Shown in pieces: positions 1 to 12,434 of a stretch of DNA of 64,000 bases. The stretch is from Octopus sinensis (lineage: Eukaryota): contig NC_043006.1 of the NCBI RefSeq assembly GCF_006345805.1, positions 105,338,001 through 105,402,000 of the forward strand, written 5' to 3'. A program made the translations under genes and the position numbers. Position 1 is the first letter of the stretch, and every line of letters starts with the position of its first letter. A model generated the notes under the pieces. It was not told the DNA's origin. It did no database searches and saw nothing but the letters and a program-made list of their open reading frames with translations.

Positions 1-99
1 ACATATAGACACACACATACACACATACGACAGGCTTCTTTCAGTTTCCGTCTACCAAATCCACTCACAAGGCTTTGGTAGAAGACACTTTGGTAGAAC

Positions 100-289
100 C
101 CGCATGGTTCTTGGTCTCAAGAATTTATCTTATGAATAAAGGCTGAAGACGCTCGACCTTTATTCTCTAGAAAAACAACGACGCCGTGGTGATCTCATTC
201 TTGCTCATAACATCATAAGCGGAAAGTGTAACTTCTCGAAAGAGCAGTTCTTCACTCCTGCTCCGGAGCGTCGGCTGCGGGATCACTCC
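100..289 (+). mobile_element. CR1-clade LINE ORF2 C-terminal fragment
   Basis: Translates as GLKNLSYE*RLKTLDLYSLEKQRRRGDLILAHNII, matching the CR1 C-terminal YEERL..L.L.SL..RR.RGDLI motif, with one internal stop. Confidence 0.75.
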
Positions 290-988
290 CACGTAGTCTT
301 GGTGGCAGCCCGAGCATTTTATGACATAAATTATGTTTTCAGAGGCACAAGTAAAATTAGATTTGATCTTGAATTTCTGTCCCTCTTGAAGAGAGGAATT
401 CTGATCCTTCTAGCAGTTTGGACATGTTGCACAGTTCGGTCTACCACATTTTTTTACTTTTGCATCCGTAATTTCAGAAAAAATTTTGCCTTTGTGAGAA
501 TCTTTTTAAGCGATTTAGGTTGTTTGTAGCTTTTGATGATTTGGTGTATGTTTAGAATTTCCTTTTATTTGGGGTCCTTATGAAGATAAACGCCTAAAAT
601 TTAAAAACCTATTGAACAGCATAAACCCAAATATACAGTTCACAATGGAATACAACCAAACGGAGCTCCCATTCTTGGATATACTAATTAAAAAAATTAA
701 CCTTAAAATAGAAACAGACATTTTTTACAAAGCCACAGACGCCAAACAATACCTTCTTTTTAATTCATGCCACCCAAGACACACTAAAACAAACATCCCC
801 TTCAACCTTGCAAGAAGGATATGCACAATAGTGTCAGAACAATATACCAGGAACTTTAGACTGCAAGAACTCAAAAACACCCTAAAGGAAATTCTAAACA
901 TACACCAAATCATCAAAAGCTACAAACAACCTAAATCGCTTAAAAAGATTCTCACAAAGGCAAAATTATTTTCTGAAATTACGGATGT
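290..988. mobile_element. Penelope-like element fragment with internal inversion (RT C-terminus on +, linker/GIY-YIG start on -)
   Basis: 612-960 encodes NSINPNIQFTMEYNQTELPFLDILI...HPRHTKTNIPFNLARRICTIVS, typical of the PLE RT C-terminus. 290-550 on minus encodes CASENIIYVIKCSGCHQDYV. ~460-550 is the reverse complement of ~898-988. Confidence 0.85.
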
Positions 989-1500
989 ATGTACAGCCAC
1001 GTTTGAGAAATCTTGAGTTGCACATGAGGAAGTAAGGAGGGATGTCAGGAAGGGCATCGCTGTTACACTTCCAGAAGGGAAGGGTCTTCCTTTGATTCTG
1101 ACAGGCAATGTCTGTGCAAGACCCTGCTTCAGTAAAGCTGGACTCATGAGTCATCTTCGTAGTCATAAAACGAGACAGATGAGTGACAACCTGGCCACTG
1201 GTGGTGGTGTAACACACCATACTAATCATATCTATCGGGTATGTGGAAGAGAGTGTAATTCGGCAGGAGGACTTAAACAACATGCAAAGGTACATGAAGC
1301 CCAGTTACAACTACAGCCGGCTATTACCAGTAAAGGTTTTAGTTGCCAATTTTGTACAAGACATTGTAGATCTTTAGCTGGGCTAAAAAGTCACATTCGA
1401 TCACTGCACCAGTAACAGTTAAGCTTCGTGCAATGGCCATACTCGATAACGAGGGGGCAGTCATAATAACGTATGTATGTATGTATGTATGTATGTATGT
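989..1500 (+). mobile_element. 3' end of a LINE (RTE-like) with three C2H2-type zinc-finger repeats and a (TATG)n tail
   Basis: ORF 1092-1415 has three CxxC-x-C-x-S-xxGL-xx-H-xxx-H repeats (the first two lack the first Cys), then a short 3' UTR and (TATG)n. The clade assignment is inference. Confidence 0.55.
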
Positions 1501-1680
1501 GTGTGTATATGTTGTGTATCTGTGTTTGTCCTCGTATCTTAGCGGTTCGGCAAAAAAGTCCGATAGAATAAGTACTAGGCTTACAAAGAATAAGTCCTGG
1601 GGTCGATTTGATTCGAGTAAAGGCGGTGCTCCAACATGGCCGCAGTCAAATTAATTAAACCAGTAAAAGAGTAAAGATAT

Positions 1681-1788
<108 letters not shown>

Positions 1789-2754
1789 ATATACACATAC
1801 ATGCATATATATATATTTGTATGTGTGTGTGTGTATGTATGTAAGTATGTATATGGAAAGAGAGAAATGCATTCGCATAATTGGTAGTTAAGTACACCAC
1901 ATGCTGATGGAGGAATTTTGGGATCGTATTTTTGCATCTTATAAAGCATTTGGATTAAACATTAACCAGGACAATACCGTTGCAATCTTGCATTTTTTTC
2001 TCAGAAATCACATATATGGAACCATCTATTTACTTTGTGTGAGCAGGGCATAAAACTAGTTGACCATTTGTCAACTTGGACAGTCTGCAGTTCCTGCACT
2101 GTGGATATTAAAGTACCTTTAAAGTTTCACGAAGCAAATAGAACCTTTAATCTTGTGCCAACATCCTGTATAATGAATTCCCTTTCTTACTCGTATGAAA
2201 TTTGGCTGATGTAAATGTTATTTAGCGACAAGCATCACGTGAAGGGTTTTGAGTGTTGTCTAAGATTGATTCTTAATGCCAGCTAATACTCGCCGACTCG
2301 AGACAAAAACACGGTTTTTTGAGCAGGCATCATGTAGCACTTAATGATAGGAAGATCCCGAAGTGGAAGCTGAATAAGAAATTTGCATGCGGTAAGTTCT
2401 CTCTATACTATTCACGGTAGGTGTTTAAAGACTATATAAAAATCTTGAAGATCTTCAAAGCATTTATAACATCATTGCCTCCCAGTATTATTGCAAACGC
2501 CGACAGAATACTTTAAATATGGGAGACTTATAAGCGTAATGTCAATATATCAATATATACACTTCATTAATAAAGCTGCAAACACAACACAAAAACTGTT
2601 AGCCAGAGTTTCACGTTTCCGTTCATCAGGCCAAAACCTGAATCTGTGAGTTACAGTTTTTCAGATGTGTTTGCAGCTTTATAAATGAAGCACATTACTC
2701 TACCTCCGGTATTCGAGTACTATCTTTTCCGCCTTGTTTCACATTTATGTGATT

Positions 2755-2794
<40 letters not shown>

Positions 2795-3071
2795 TTTTAT
2801 ACTTTTTATTCTATTACCTGTTTTACTCATTAGACTGCAGCCATGCTGGAGCACGGCTATGAGGAATTGTAGTTGAATGAAGCGATGCCAGTATTTTTAT
2901 TTTCATTTTTTTAAAAGGTGGTACTTATTCTTTTTAGCCGAATCGCTAAGTTACGTAGACACAAACACACAAGCACCGGTTGTCAAACGTTGGTGGGGAC
3001 AAAGACAAACAGACACAGACACGCACGCACACACGCACACACACACACACGCACACACACACATACAGATA

Positions 3072-3612
3072 TAGGGCCATCCCATAAATAATGCGGTTTT
3101 TTTATACTTCTTTTATTTTTCAAAATTAAGTTAAACAAATTTCCCTTTTAATCTAAAATATACTCGCCTTCATTTTCTACAATTCTCTTCCATGTATATG
3201 GTTGGTGGGACATCGTTTCCCATTCAAACTTCTCCAGCCTTCGGAATGTCCTCCTCACTGTATGTGGCCGAGCAATAGCCTGATGGAACAACAACTTTCC
3301 TCTTAAAACCAAAGATGGTCGTTTTTCTGCTAGCGCTGATTCAAGCCCCTCAGGCTGCTCGCAGTAGATCTCCATTGTTATCGTTTGATTTGGGTTTAAA
3401 AGTTCAAAGTTGACTAAACCTTTCATATCCCACCAAACAGATAACAAGGAGTTGGACCGAATAGTGACTGGTGACGAGGAACGGGTTCTCTCTTAAAATG
3501 TCAGGCACCGAAGACAGTTGGTAGAGAAAGGAGAAACAACGGCACCCCAGGTTAAAGAAGCGCTTCACCAGCGATGTGTAACAACATCTGATGGTCTGGT
3601 CGGTCACGTGAT

Positions 3613-3675
<63 letters not shown>

Positions 3676-4385
3676 ATATATAGAAAATTGTAAAAAGTGA
3701 AAAAACTACAGAAGGCTAGTTTTAAAAGGTTAAAAAATATATTTGAGTCATTATGTCAGAAGAATGTTATAAAATGTTTTATCGTCACCAGTCACTATTC
3801 GGTCCAACTCCTTGCGTGGGTGAAGCGCTTCTTTAACCTGGGGTGCCGTTGTTTCTCCTTTCCCTACCCACTGTCTTCGGTGCCTGACATTTTAAGAGAG
3901 AACCCGTTCCTCGTCACCAGTCACTATTCGGTCCAATAAAAGGTTCATTCGTGAGACGTGACAGCAAAGTAGAGCACACATTCACTCACAGCACACGATT
4001 AGACTCGGAAGGTTTGTGAGGAACCCATTGACCCAATTTGCTGACTTTTCTGATGACACGTAGGTTTCGATGAATAGTTGAGTGACCAAATCCAAGCTTC
4101 TCTGCTAGTTCCTCAACAGTTACGATAGGATTTTGTTCAACGTAGATTTACAGGACGTCCTCGTCGAGCTCTTCAGATCTTCCAGTACGAGGCTCGTTTT
4201 CAAGGCTGTAGTTTCCGACTCAGAATTTCTGGAACCACCATTGACACTGTTTATGCTTATTGCCCGATCCCAATATACTGCATTATTATTCCTCGCACTT
4301 TCCGTTGTGTTGTTGCCTTTATTGAACTTATAAAGCAAAATATACCGAATATACTTTGCCACTTCCATAATAGCTTTGAAGAGCT
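3072..4385 (-). mobile_element. Decayed, rearranged mariner (Tc1/mariner) transposon
   Basis: 4368-3814 encodes an N-terminal HTH region through WVPH and LDRIVTGDEE. 3447-3148 encodes LSVWWDMKGLVNFELL...EKRP...HQAIARPH...EGEYILD*. A TIR-like end follows TA at ~3072. Frameshifted, with an inverted duplicate of the IVTGDE segment at ~3446-3570. Confidence 0.85.
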
Positions 4386-4429
4386 GTTAAAATAGAAATG
4401 CTCTCATGTAGAAATTTTCGCTCTCACAG

Positions 4430-4605
4430 AAACAGAGTACCAGACAAACAACACAAGGAACATTCCCCTTCTTCAGCTGCCCCTGTTTCGACTCATTGCG
4501 TGTTTCGAAACCTTCGAAACACGCAATGAGACGAAACAGGGGCAGCTGAAGGAGGGGAATATTCCTTCTGTTGTATGTCTTGTACTCTGTTTTTGCGCTG
4601 TTAAA
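4430..4605. repeat. Near-perfect palindromic element (~80 bp arms, centre ~4512)
   Basis: aacattccccttcttcagctgcccctgtttcgactcattgcgtgtttcgaa is mirrored by ttcgaaacacgcaatgagacgaaacaggggcagctgaaggaggggaatatt. Confidence 0.85.
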
Positions 4606-4766
4606 AAGAGTCTGTTTCCTTGTTTTGTTTCTATGTTTTCGTTTCTCGTTGTGTTCTACGTTTATTTGTGGTGTCCTGTACTCGTATATGCATGTATATA
4701 TACATATAGATGTAGGTATGTACATATATGTATGTATCTATGCATATGTTTTATTTATTAAATTGT

Positions 4767-4827
<61 letters not shown>

Positions 4828-4959
4828 TGGCCTGCTCGCTTAGCCAGCGGGATGGCGTCATTCGAAGGCTAAAACAATGCGAAGGCATTGTGACCAGCGA
4901 TGTGTAACAACATCTGATGGTCTGGTCGGTCACGTGATCACGTGATATATATATATATA

Positions 4960-6350
4960 TATATAAAATAGTAAAAAGTGAAAAAACTACAGAAGGCTAG
5001 TTTTAAAAGGTTAAAAAATATATTTGAGTCATTATGTCAGAAGAATGTTATAAAGTTTTTTCATACAGTGACATAGTTTTTGAAGAAATTACCGGTTTCG
5101 TGTTAACTTTTCAAATTTCTCAAAACATCGTGTTATGACTTCGTTATGAAGTGTAAAGGAGTGTTCCAGGTAAGGGGAGGTAATAAGTGATTTCTTCCGG
5201 TGTAAGGGAGATAATCGCTTTATATTTCTTGCCTCTTTTACTTAAAGGGATGAGTTTCTCTGTATAATAATCTTAGGATGGTTAAGTTCAGACTTATATT
5301 TTTCAATGAATAATGTTTCCTTGTCTAAATTGTGTTGGTGTTCCAATAGCACATTGATAAAATGGAAAGATTAAAAATTGTGGTAGTAGTTGCTTTGCGC
5401 ATTTCTCAATATGCTCACTAAAGGGTATCATTCTGTATTCTGGGAATGCAATCTGTTGTCGATGCAGTGTGCATCTACGTCTGAGTGATAGTCCCGTGGA
5501 CCCCACGTAATTTTGGTGGCAGCCCGAGCATCTTATGATATAAATTATGTTTTTTTAATTAGTATATCTAAGAATGGAAGCTCCTTTTGGTTGTATTCCA
5601 TTGTGAACTGTATATTTGGGTTGATGCTGTTCAATAGGTTTTTGAATTTTAGGAGTTTATCTGTGTTTTCATTCCAGAGTATAAAACAATCGTCCAGGAA
5701 TCGTTTCCAATTCTCTAATTTTCAAATTCTCAAATCTAAATTTACTTGTGCTTCTGAAAACATAATTTATGTCATAAGATGCTCGGGCTGCCACCAAAAC
5801 TACGTGGGGTCCACGGGACTATCACTCAGACGTAGATGCACACTGCATCGACAACAGATTGCATTCCCAGAATACAGAATGATACCCTTTAGTGAGCATA
5901 TTGAGAAATGCGCAAAGCAACTACTACAACAATTTTTAATCTTTCCATTTTATCAATGTGCTATTGGAACACCAACACAAATTAGACAAGGAAACATTCT
6001 TCATTGAAAAATATAAGTCTGAACTTAACCATCCTAACATTCTTATACAGAGAAACTCACCCCTTTAAGTAAAAGAGGCAAGAAATATGAAGCGATTATC
6101 TCCCTTACACCGGAAGAAATCACTTATAACCTCCCCTTACCTGGAACACTCCTTTACACTTCATAACGAAGTCATAACACGATGTTTTGAGAAATTTGAA
6201 AAGTTAACACGAAACCGGTAATTTCTTCAAAATCTATGTCACTATATGAAAAAACTTTATAACATTCTTCTGACATAATGACTCAAATATATTTTTTAAC
6301 CTTTTAAAACTAGCCTTCTGTAGTTTTATCAATTTTTACTATTTTCTATA
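4960..6350. mobile_element. Penelope-like element insertion: ~580 bp inverted arms (GIY-YIG plus 3' UTR) around an RT fragment
   Basis: The left arm (~4965-5547) is the reverse complement of ~5757-6350, which encodes CASENIIYVIRCSGCHQNYVGSTGLSLRRRCTLHRQQI (GIY-YIG-like). The spacer 5548-5720 on minus encodes WKRFLDDCFILWNENTDKLLKFKNLLNSINPNIQFTME, the RT catalytic DD region. (TA)n lies at both outer ends. Confidence 0.88.
6190..6226 (+). ncRNA. Minimal hammerhead, U3-A8 core variant, in the PLE 3' UTR
   Basis: AGAAAT TTGAAAA GT-TAAC-AC GAAA CCGG TA ATTTCT; stem I extends with TTTTGA/TCAAAA. There is an identical inverted copy at 5084-5120 and a degraded copy at ~50296-50332. Confidence 0.62.
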
Positions 6351-6386
6351 TATTCAACCACGTGCTTTCACACACCAACTTTCTCA

Positions 6387-6436
<50 letters not shown>

Positions 6437-6457
6437 TATATATATATTGTGTGTGTG

Positions 6458-6489
<32 letters not shown>

Positions 6490-7533
6490 TTTCCACCATC
6501 ACCACTTAACAACCGGTGTGGTGTGTTTACGTCCTAGAAACCTAGCGATTCGGCAAAAGAATCCGATAGAATAAGTACCAGTCTTAAAATACTAAAGGCT
6601 GGGCTCAATTCATTTGGTTAAAACTGCTTCAAGGCATTGCCCCAGCATGGCTGCAATCTAATGACTCAAACAATCAAATAACAAAAGATAAATATCTCAG
6701 ACAACTTCTGAACTATGTTCAGGGTCTAACTTTCTTTGAATATCTCAAAACTGTTGCCTAGTAAGTTTTTGTAGCATTCCGTGAATGTTGTTGAAGAAGA
6801 TGTCTCTTGAACGATGATATAAATTGGAAGTGAATGCAGTCTCACATAGTAGAAGACAGATGAGATGTTTACTATCATTTTCTGATATAATCACCAAAAA
6901 TATTATCAGAAGATATACTATATCAAGCAGAGAGGGTGTAAAAAAGAAGCCCTATTTTGGAGGTTTTCTCTGCTGCGCGCAACCAAGCTGGAAAGAGTGA
7001 ATTGCCAGCTTCTATACAAACTGCGGTTGGAACTCTCAGTCAAGAAATTCTTAAAACACCAAGTTTTAATATTTAACAACTGGAACAGCATAATCAGCAA
7101 AATCGACCAATCAGCAACCCAAACCCCAAATAAATAAATAAATAAATAAAAAGGCTTGTGCGAAGATTAAACAAAGCTGTTTCGGAAGGAAATGGTTATC
7201 CCGGATACCTCAGGCGGAAGAGGCAATGGCATTTTTGAGCAGGGAATTTTGGTAACAGAGATTTGCTTGAGTTGGGGGAGAAAGTATCAAAAGCATCTGA
7301 TATTATAGAAACTTTAAAATTTTAAATATATTCAGACATAATTACACATACAAATCATTATATAAAACCTGGCTGTAATGCGAGATTCTCCAAAAGCACA
7401 CACACACACGTGTGTATATATATATATATATATATATCAAGTTAATCCAAACATGAAAACACAAAGAGAAAACACAACAACGCGAGGACGTAGAACAAGT
7501 ATAGTATTATTGGACGCTCAGGAAAGAAGGAGG

Positions 7534-7567
<34 letters not shown>

Positions 7568-9069
7568 ATACGCACACGGTGGTCTTTCAATTTCTGTCAA
7601 CCAAATGCTTTCACAAACCCTTTGTCGGTCCGATGTTATAGTAGAAGACACTTGCTCAAGGTGCCACGCAGTGAGTCAGGACTCGAAACTATCTGGTTGG
7701 GAAGCAAATTTCTTACCATGCAGCCACAGAATATATTTATATATTTGTCGATAATTATATTTCCACATTTCATAGTTTCATAGTCATAATTTCAAAAAGA
7801 TAGATGACGGTTTCAAAATTTCATATTTAATCTGGTTTAATTTGACAAAAAAAAAATCCGGTTTTAAGCCCCATAAATCAGAATAGTAATTTTAAAATGT
7901 TTAGATATAATTAACATACCGTATTTAAAATATAACACCTGAACATTTTATAAATATAAGCAAAGTTAAGCGTTAAATAAACAATGAAATGAAACGCTAT
8001 TTTTTACTTTCCATTAAGAAGTTACTAAGATGTACGAAGTCTTTAAAGGAACAGTTTTATAAAGAGAAGAATTTTAATAAAAGCGGTATATAAATAAATA
8101 CTGCCAACTCACGGCTTTCGTTGGCAGAATCGTTACCGCGCCAGGGAAAACTGCATTGCAGCATTTCTTCCGACTTTCAAATGCTACCGGTATCAACTTT
8201 GCCTTTCAGCCTTCCAGGATCAATGAAAGGAGTACGAGCAAGACACTAGGTCCATGTCATTGACTTGCTCCCTTCCTCGAAATTGCTAGTATTGACCCGA
8301 AATTTGAAATCAGTATACTCTGTCATTACAAGGCGTCCAGCAACCAGGATGCTTAGCACGCCAGAAAAAATCTTTGCGGCTTTTATTCTGGTTTCAAAAA
8401 CCAGCGCAGTCAACTTTTTTTAGCCTTCCAAGGTTAATTTAATAAGGCACCTGTCAAGTACTGGGGTCAACGTAATTGACTAACCCCCCTCACCTTAAAA
8501 CTGCTGGCATTTTTCCAAAATTTGAAGCATTGTATATTGCCAATATGTATCATATATAAAATATAACTACCATCCCCGCCCTTTGTAATTCAATTAATAG
8601 AAGACTTTATGTGACCAAAGATTGATATGGATATATACGGATCTAGATGGACAGAATAGAGGAAAGAATAAATAACATTTTGTCTTGCATGCTATTTGAA
8701 ACCGAGTACAAACTTTTCGAAAATATGATTTTTAAAAGAAGCATTTTGGAAACATATTTAAATCTCGGACGATACCCGTACAATATTCTTAGTCCTGTCT
8801 GTTTTCCACATCAGAACAGATGCCTGATGTGTCTTAGCAACATACTGTGAAGTTTGCCAGAAAAGATATCGCTTCTAACAAAATCTGGAAAGTGATTGTT
8901 GGCACGCTGAAGAGTCTGCTCACAATGCAGTCGTCAGCAACGTTGTTGCAATCTCACAGCAGCGAGTCAGAAATCAGACTGTATCAAACATAAGATTTAA
9001 AAAACAAAAACAAGGGTGAAGGTTACATCTGCCATGTAGAACAAAGCACTATTTCCTCATACAAAATTA

Positions 9070-9504
9070 GGATCTTTTCGGTTTGAACGGCAGTTTTTAA
9101 CATAATTTCTAGGTAACTAAAGAACTTTAAAATTCGTATACTCGTAGAATGTGTTTATAAAACATCTTTTTCTCTTGGCTTTATTGAGAAAATTCTATAG
9201 GTTGTAAGATATTTGTTGTTTTTTCTTCAATTTCTGCAATTTCAACAAATCAATGACGTCTATTGAGGTAAAAAAAAAACATTCTGTGCCCTATGAGTAT
9301 GTACCTCGTTTAATAAACAGATTGGTTTTATTTACATTTGTGAAGAAAAAAAGATACACTTCCCTCCACCCCTGATCCTAACCCTAACTAACTCTAACCC
9401 TAAAGCAGATTGAAATGCAATAGATCGATACTAGGATCATAATTATGGGTGACAATTTCATATGACACCGCTAGAAAAAACTGCCGTTCAAACCGAAAAG
9501 ATCC
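9070..9504. mobile_element. MITE with ~29 bp TIRs and TA target duplication
   Basis: GGATCTTTTCGGTTTGAACGGCAGTTTTT at the left end and its reverse complement ending at 9504, with TA on both sides. Confidence 0.85.
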
Positions 9505-9606
9505 TATGGAGGATAGTCGGTGAATATCTTCCCATTGATGGAAGCTTGTAATCTCTCCGCCAACTACACGTTGTATGAATGCCATTCCATAAATGGTGGA
9601 TGGATG

Positions 9607-9648
<42 letters not shown>

Positions 9649-9650
<2 letters not shown>

Positions 9651-10083
9651 AAGATTTCCCTTTCAACGGCAGATCGAGAAATTAATTTTTTTGTAGCTAA
9701 CCACTTTCAAACTTCGGACACTGGTAGAATGTGTCATATAAAACATCTTTTACTCTTAATGATGTTGAGAAAAGTTTCTATTTTCAAAGTTATTTCGTGT
9801 TAAAGTTGTATTTCGGTAATTTCCAGCAAACAATGACGTGTATTCAGCTGAATAAAATTACTGCTGTTGTTTGTCAACAACAACTTCCGGCGGTGTATAT
9901 TTCGTTTGTCACTGTTATTTATGACATATTTCATTTCCGTTACGTTTGTATGAATAAACGTGTGTATCTGAAGCATGCTTACTTCATGGCACCACCATAA
10001 TCGTCCTACCAGTGTACGAAGTTTGAAAGTGTTTAGTTACAAAAAATTAATTTCTCGATCTGCCGTTGAAAGAAGAAAGATCC
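9649..10083. mobile_element. Related MITE subfamily with ~45 bp TIRs
   Basis: ctttcaacggcagatcgagaaattaattttttt at the left end and its reverse complement at 10040-10083, flanked by TA. Confidence 0.8.
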
Positions 10084-10290
10084 TATATATATAATATAAA
10101 ACTCTGTAATTCCTGTTAGCGAATGGAACATGTGTAATGGTGAATAATTACCGATAGATTTTACAATTTATTTTGTTATATATATATATTTATAAATGTG
10201 GGTGAAAAATTTGATATTAATTTAATAATACCATCAGTTTAACACCAAGTGGCCTAGCACATAAAACCAGGGAGATAATACAAATTTATA

Positions 10291-10532
10291 CATAAATTAT
10301 AAGAGGAGTTACCACTATGTGGTTAGCTCTAGTGCTAAAAATAGCTCCGATACTGGTATAGCCACAGAAAGTTGTTTCCAAGAAGAAGTAACATTACATT
10401 TAACGGAAGGAAAGTGAAATATAACGAAAAAATAGATTAACCCTGAACAATTGTTTCATTATTAATGTATACCAGTATCGGAGCTATTTTTAGCACTAGA
10501 GCTAACCACATAGTGGTAACTCTCTTATAATT

Positions 10533-10535
<3 letters not shown>
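10291..10535. repeat. Inverted-repeat element with ~68 bp arms
   Basis: gagttaccactatgtggttagctctagtgctaaaaatagctccgatactggtata is mirrored at ~10467-10535, which ends in (TA)n. Confidence 0.85.
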
Positions 10536-10565
<30 letters not shown>

Positions 10566-10621
10566 TATATATATAGATAGATAGATAGATAGATAGATAT
10601 ATATATATATATTTTACATTG

Positions 10622-11085
10622 TGTGGAGGCGCAATGGCCCAGTGGTTAGGGCAGCGGATCCGCGGTCGTAAGATCGCGGTTTCGATTCCCAGACCGGGCA
10701 TTGTGAGTGTTTATTGAGCGAAAACACCTATAGCTCCACGAGGCACTGGCAGGGAAGGGGGTGAACCCTGCTGTACTCATTCACCACAACTTTCTCTCAC
10801 TCTTTATTCTTGTTACTGTTGTACCTATATTTCAAAGGGCCAGCTTTGTCACACTCTGTGTCACGCTGAATCTGCTCGAGAACTACCTTAAGGGTATTCG
10901 GATCCGTGGACTGCACGTTAATGGTGCCAAGCTGTATCGGCCTTTGCCTTTCCCTTGGATAACATCGGTGGCGTGGAGAGAGGAGGCTGGTATGCGTGGT
11001 CTTCCGTAAACAACCTTGCCCGGACTTTTGTTTCGGAGGGTAACTTTCTAGGTGCAATTCCATGGTCATTCATGGAAGGAGGTCA
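10622..11085 (+). mobile_element. tRNA-derived SINE, family A (further copies at ~33149-33460 and ~55375-55700)
   Basis: A box TGGCCCAGTGG and B box GGTTTCGATTCCC. The body gccaagctgtatcggcctttgcctttccc...gtggagaggggaggctggtatgc is shared with the other two copies. Confidence 0.8.
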
Positions 11086-11504
11086 CATCACATATATATA
11101 CATACATACATACATACATACATACATACATGATTCCAAATACATATGTATGTGTGGTTGTGTGCGTAGTTAATCTATTAATCCGCAATAATTCGTCGCA
11201 ACGTTTCTACCAAAACGTCCATAGAATTTGACTGGTTTCAAAATAGTGCTGAAATAACAGAAAAGCAATTTTAAAATTCAAAATGAAAAGGGACAAATAT
11301 TATAGAGTAGGATATATTTTTTTTTTAAATTTTCACAATTACAGTTTCAATAGGAGTCAATATAGGTTTGTGGATTGTTTATTGATTGTTTTGTTGATGT
11401 TTGTTTACCTCTATTGTTTGTATGTTTGTTTCAACTGATTTGTCTTTTTTTTTGCTTCAAATATACTGTTTGCCATTTTTTTCCAAATCTAATAAATTCT
11501 CAAA

Positions 11505-11862
<358 letters not shown>

Positions 11863-12434
11863 TAGCAAGATTATAAACATTGATATTTTTCCACGACTGT
11901 AAATTCCGTGCCTAACAGAATATTCTTCACAATATCCGCCACGACTAACACCTTTAATTTTAATCTCATCCACATGAAGAATGCACTAGTTAGCATGAAA
12001 CTCAAAGTCGTAGTAAAGTATTAATATTTATCGCCTACATTATAATAAATATATTCACTCTGCACAACGTATTGAGTACTCTCAACTGTGTCCCTCTATA
12101 GACTTCATATATATATAATATATATTATATATATTGTTGTTGTCCGCTTTGTAGTTTTGTTTTTATTTTTATAATTTTATATATTTTTATATATTTTTTA
12201 TATCACTGAAACACGTGTTGTTATATTCATTTAAATAATTATTTATATAATTATAGGTTTTTTTATTTTTTCTGATGTTTATTTTTTTTATATTTTGTTT
12301 CAATATGAAATGCTTACGTTGGTCCTTATGCTTTTCTATATTGCATGTTTTTTTCTGTTTTACATTTATTATTTCAGAATTTGTGTTTTCTTTTTAAAAT
12401 TTTCTTAATTACTTTTTTTTTTATTCTTCAATCT

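Noticed and set aside
1092-1415. Host C2H2 zinc-finger gene
   Set aside because: Two of the three fingers lack the first Cys, there is no true start codon, and it ends in a short UTR plus microsatellite tail; this fits a LINE 3' end better.
2596-2636. Hammerhead-like motif on minus (TTGGC CTGATGA ACG-GAAA-CGT GAAA CTCTG GCTAA)
   Set aside because: The core and stems I and II are present, but helix III and the NUH triplet cannot form; at best a dead remnant.
10622-10700. tRNA gene
   Set aside because: The A and B boxes continue into a SINE body shared with other copies and no complete cloverleaf forms; this is a SINE head.
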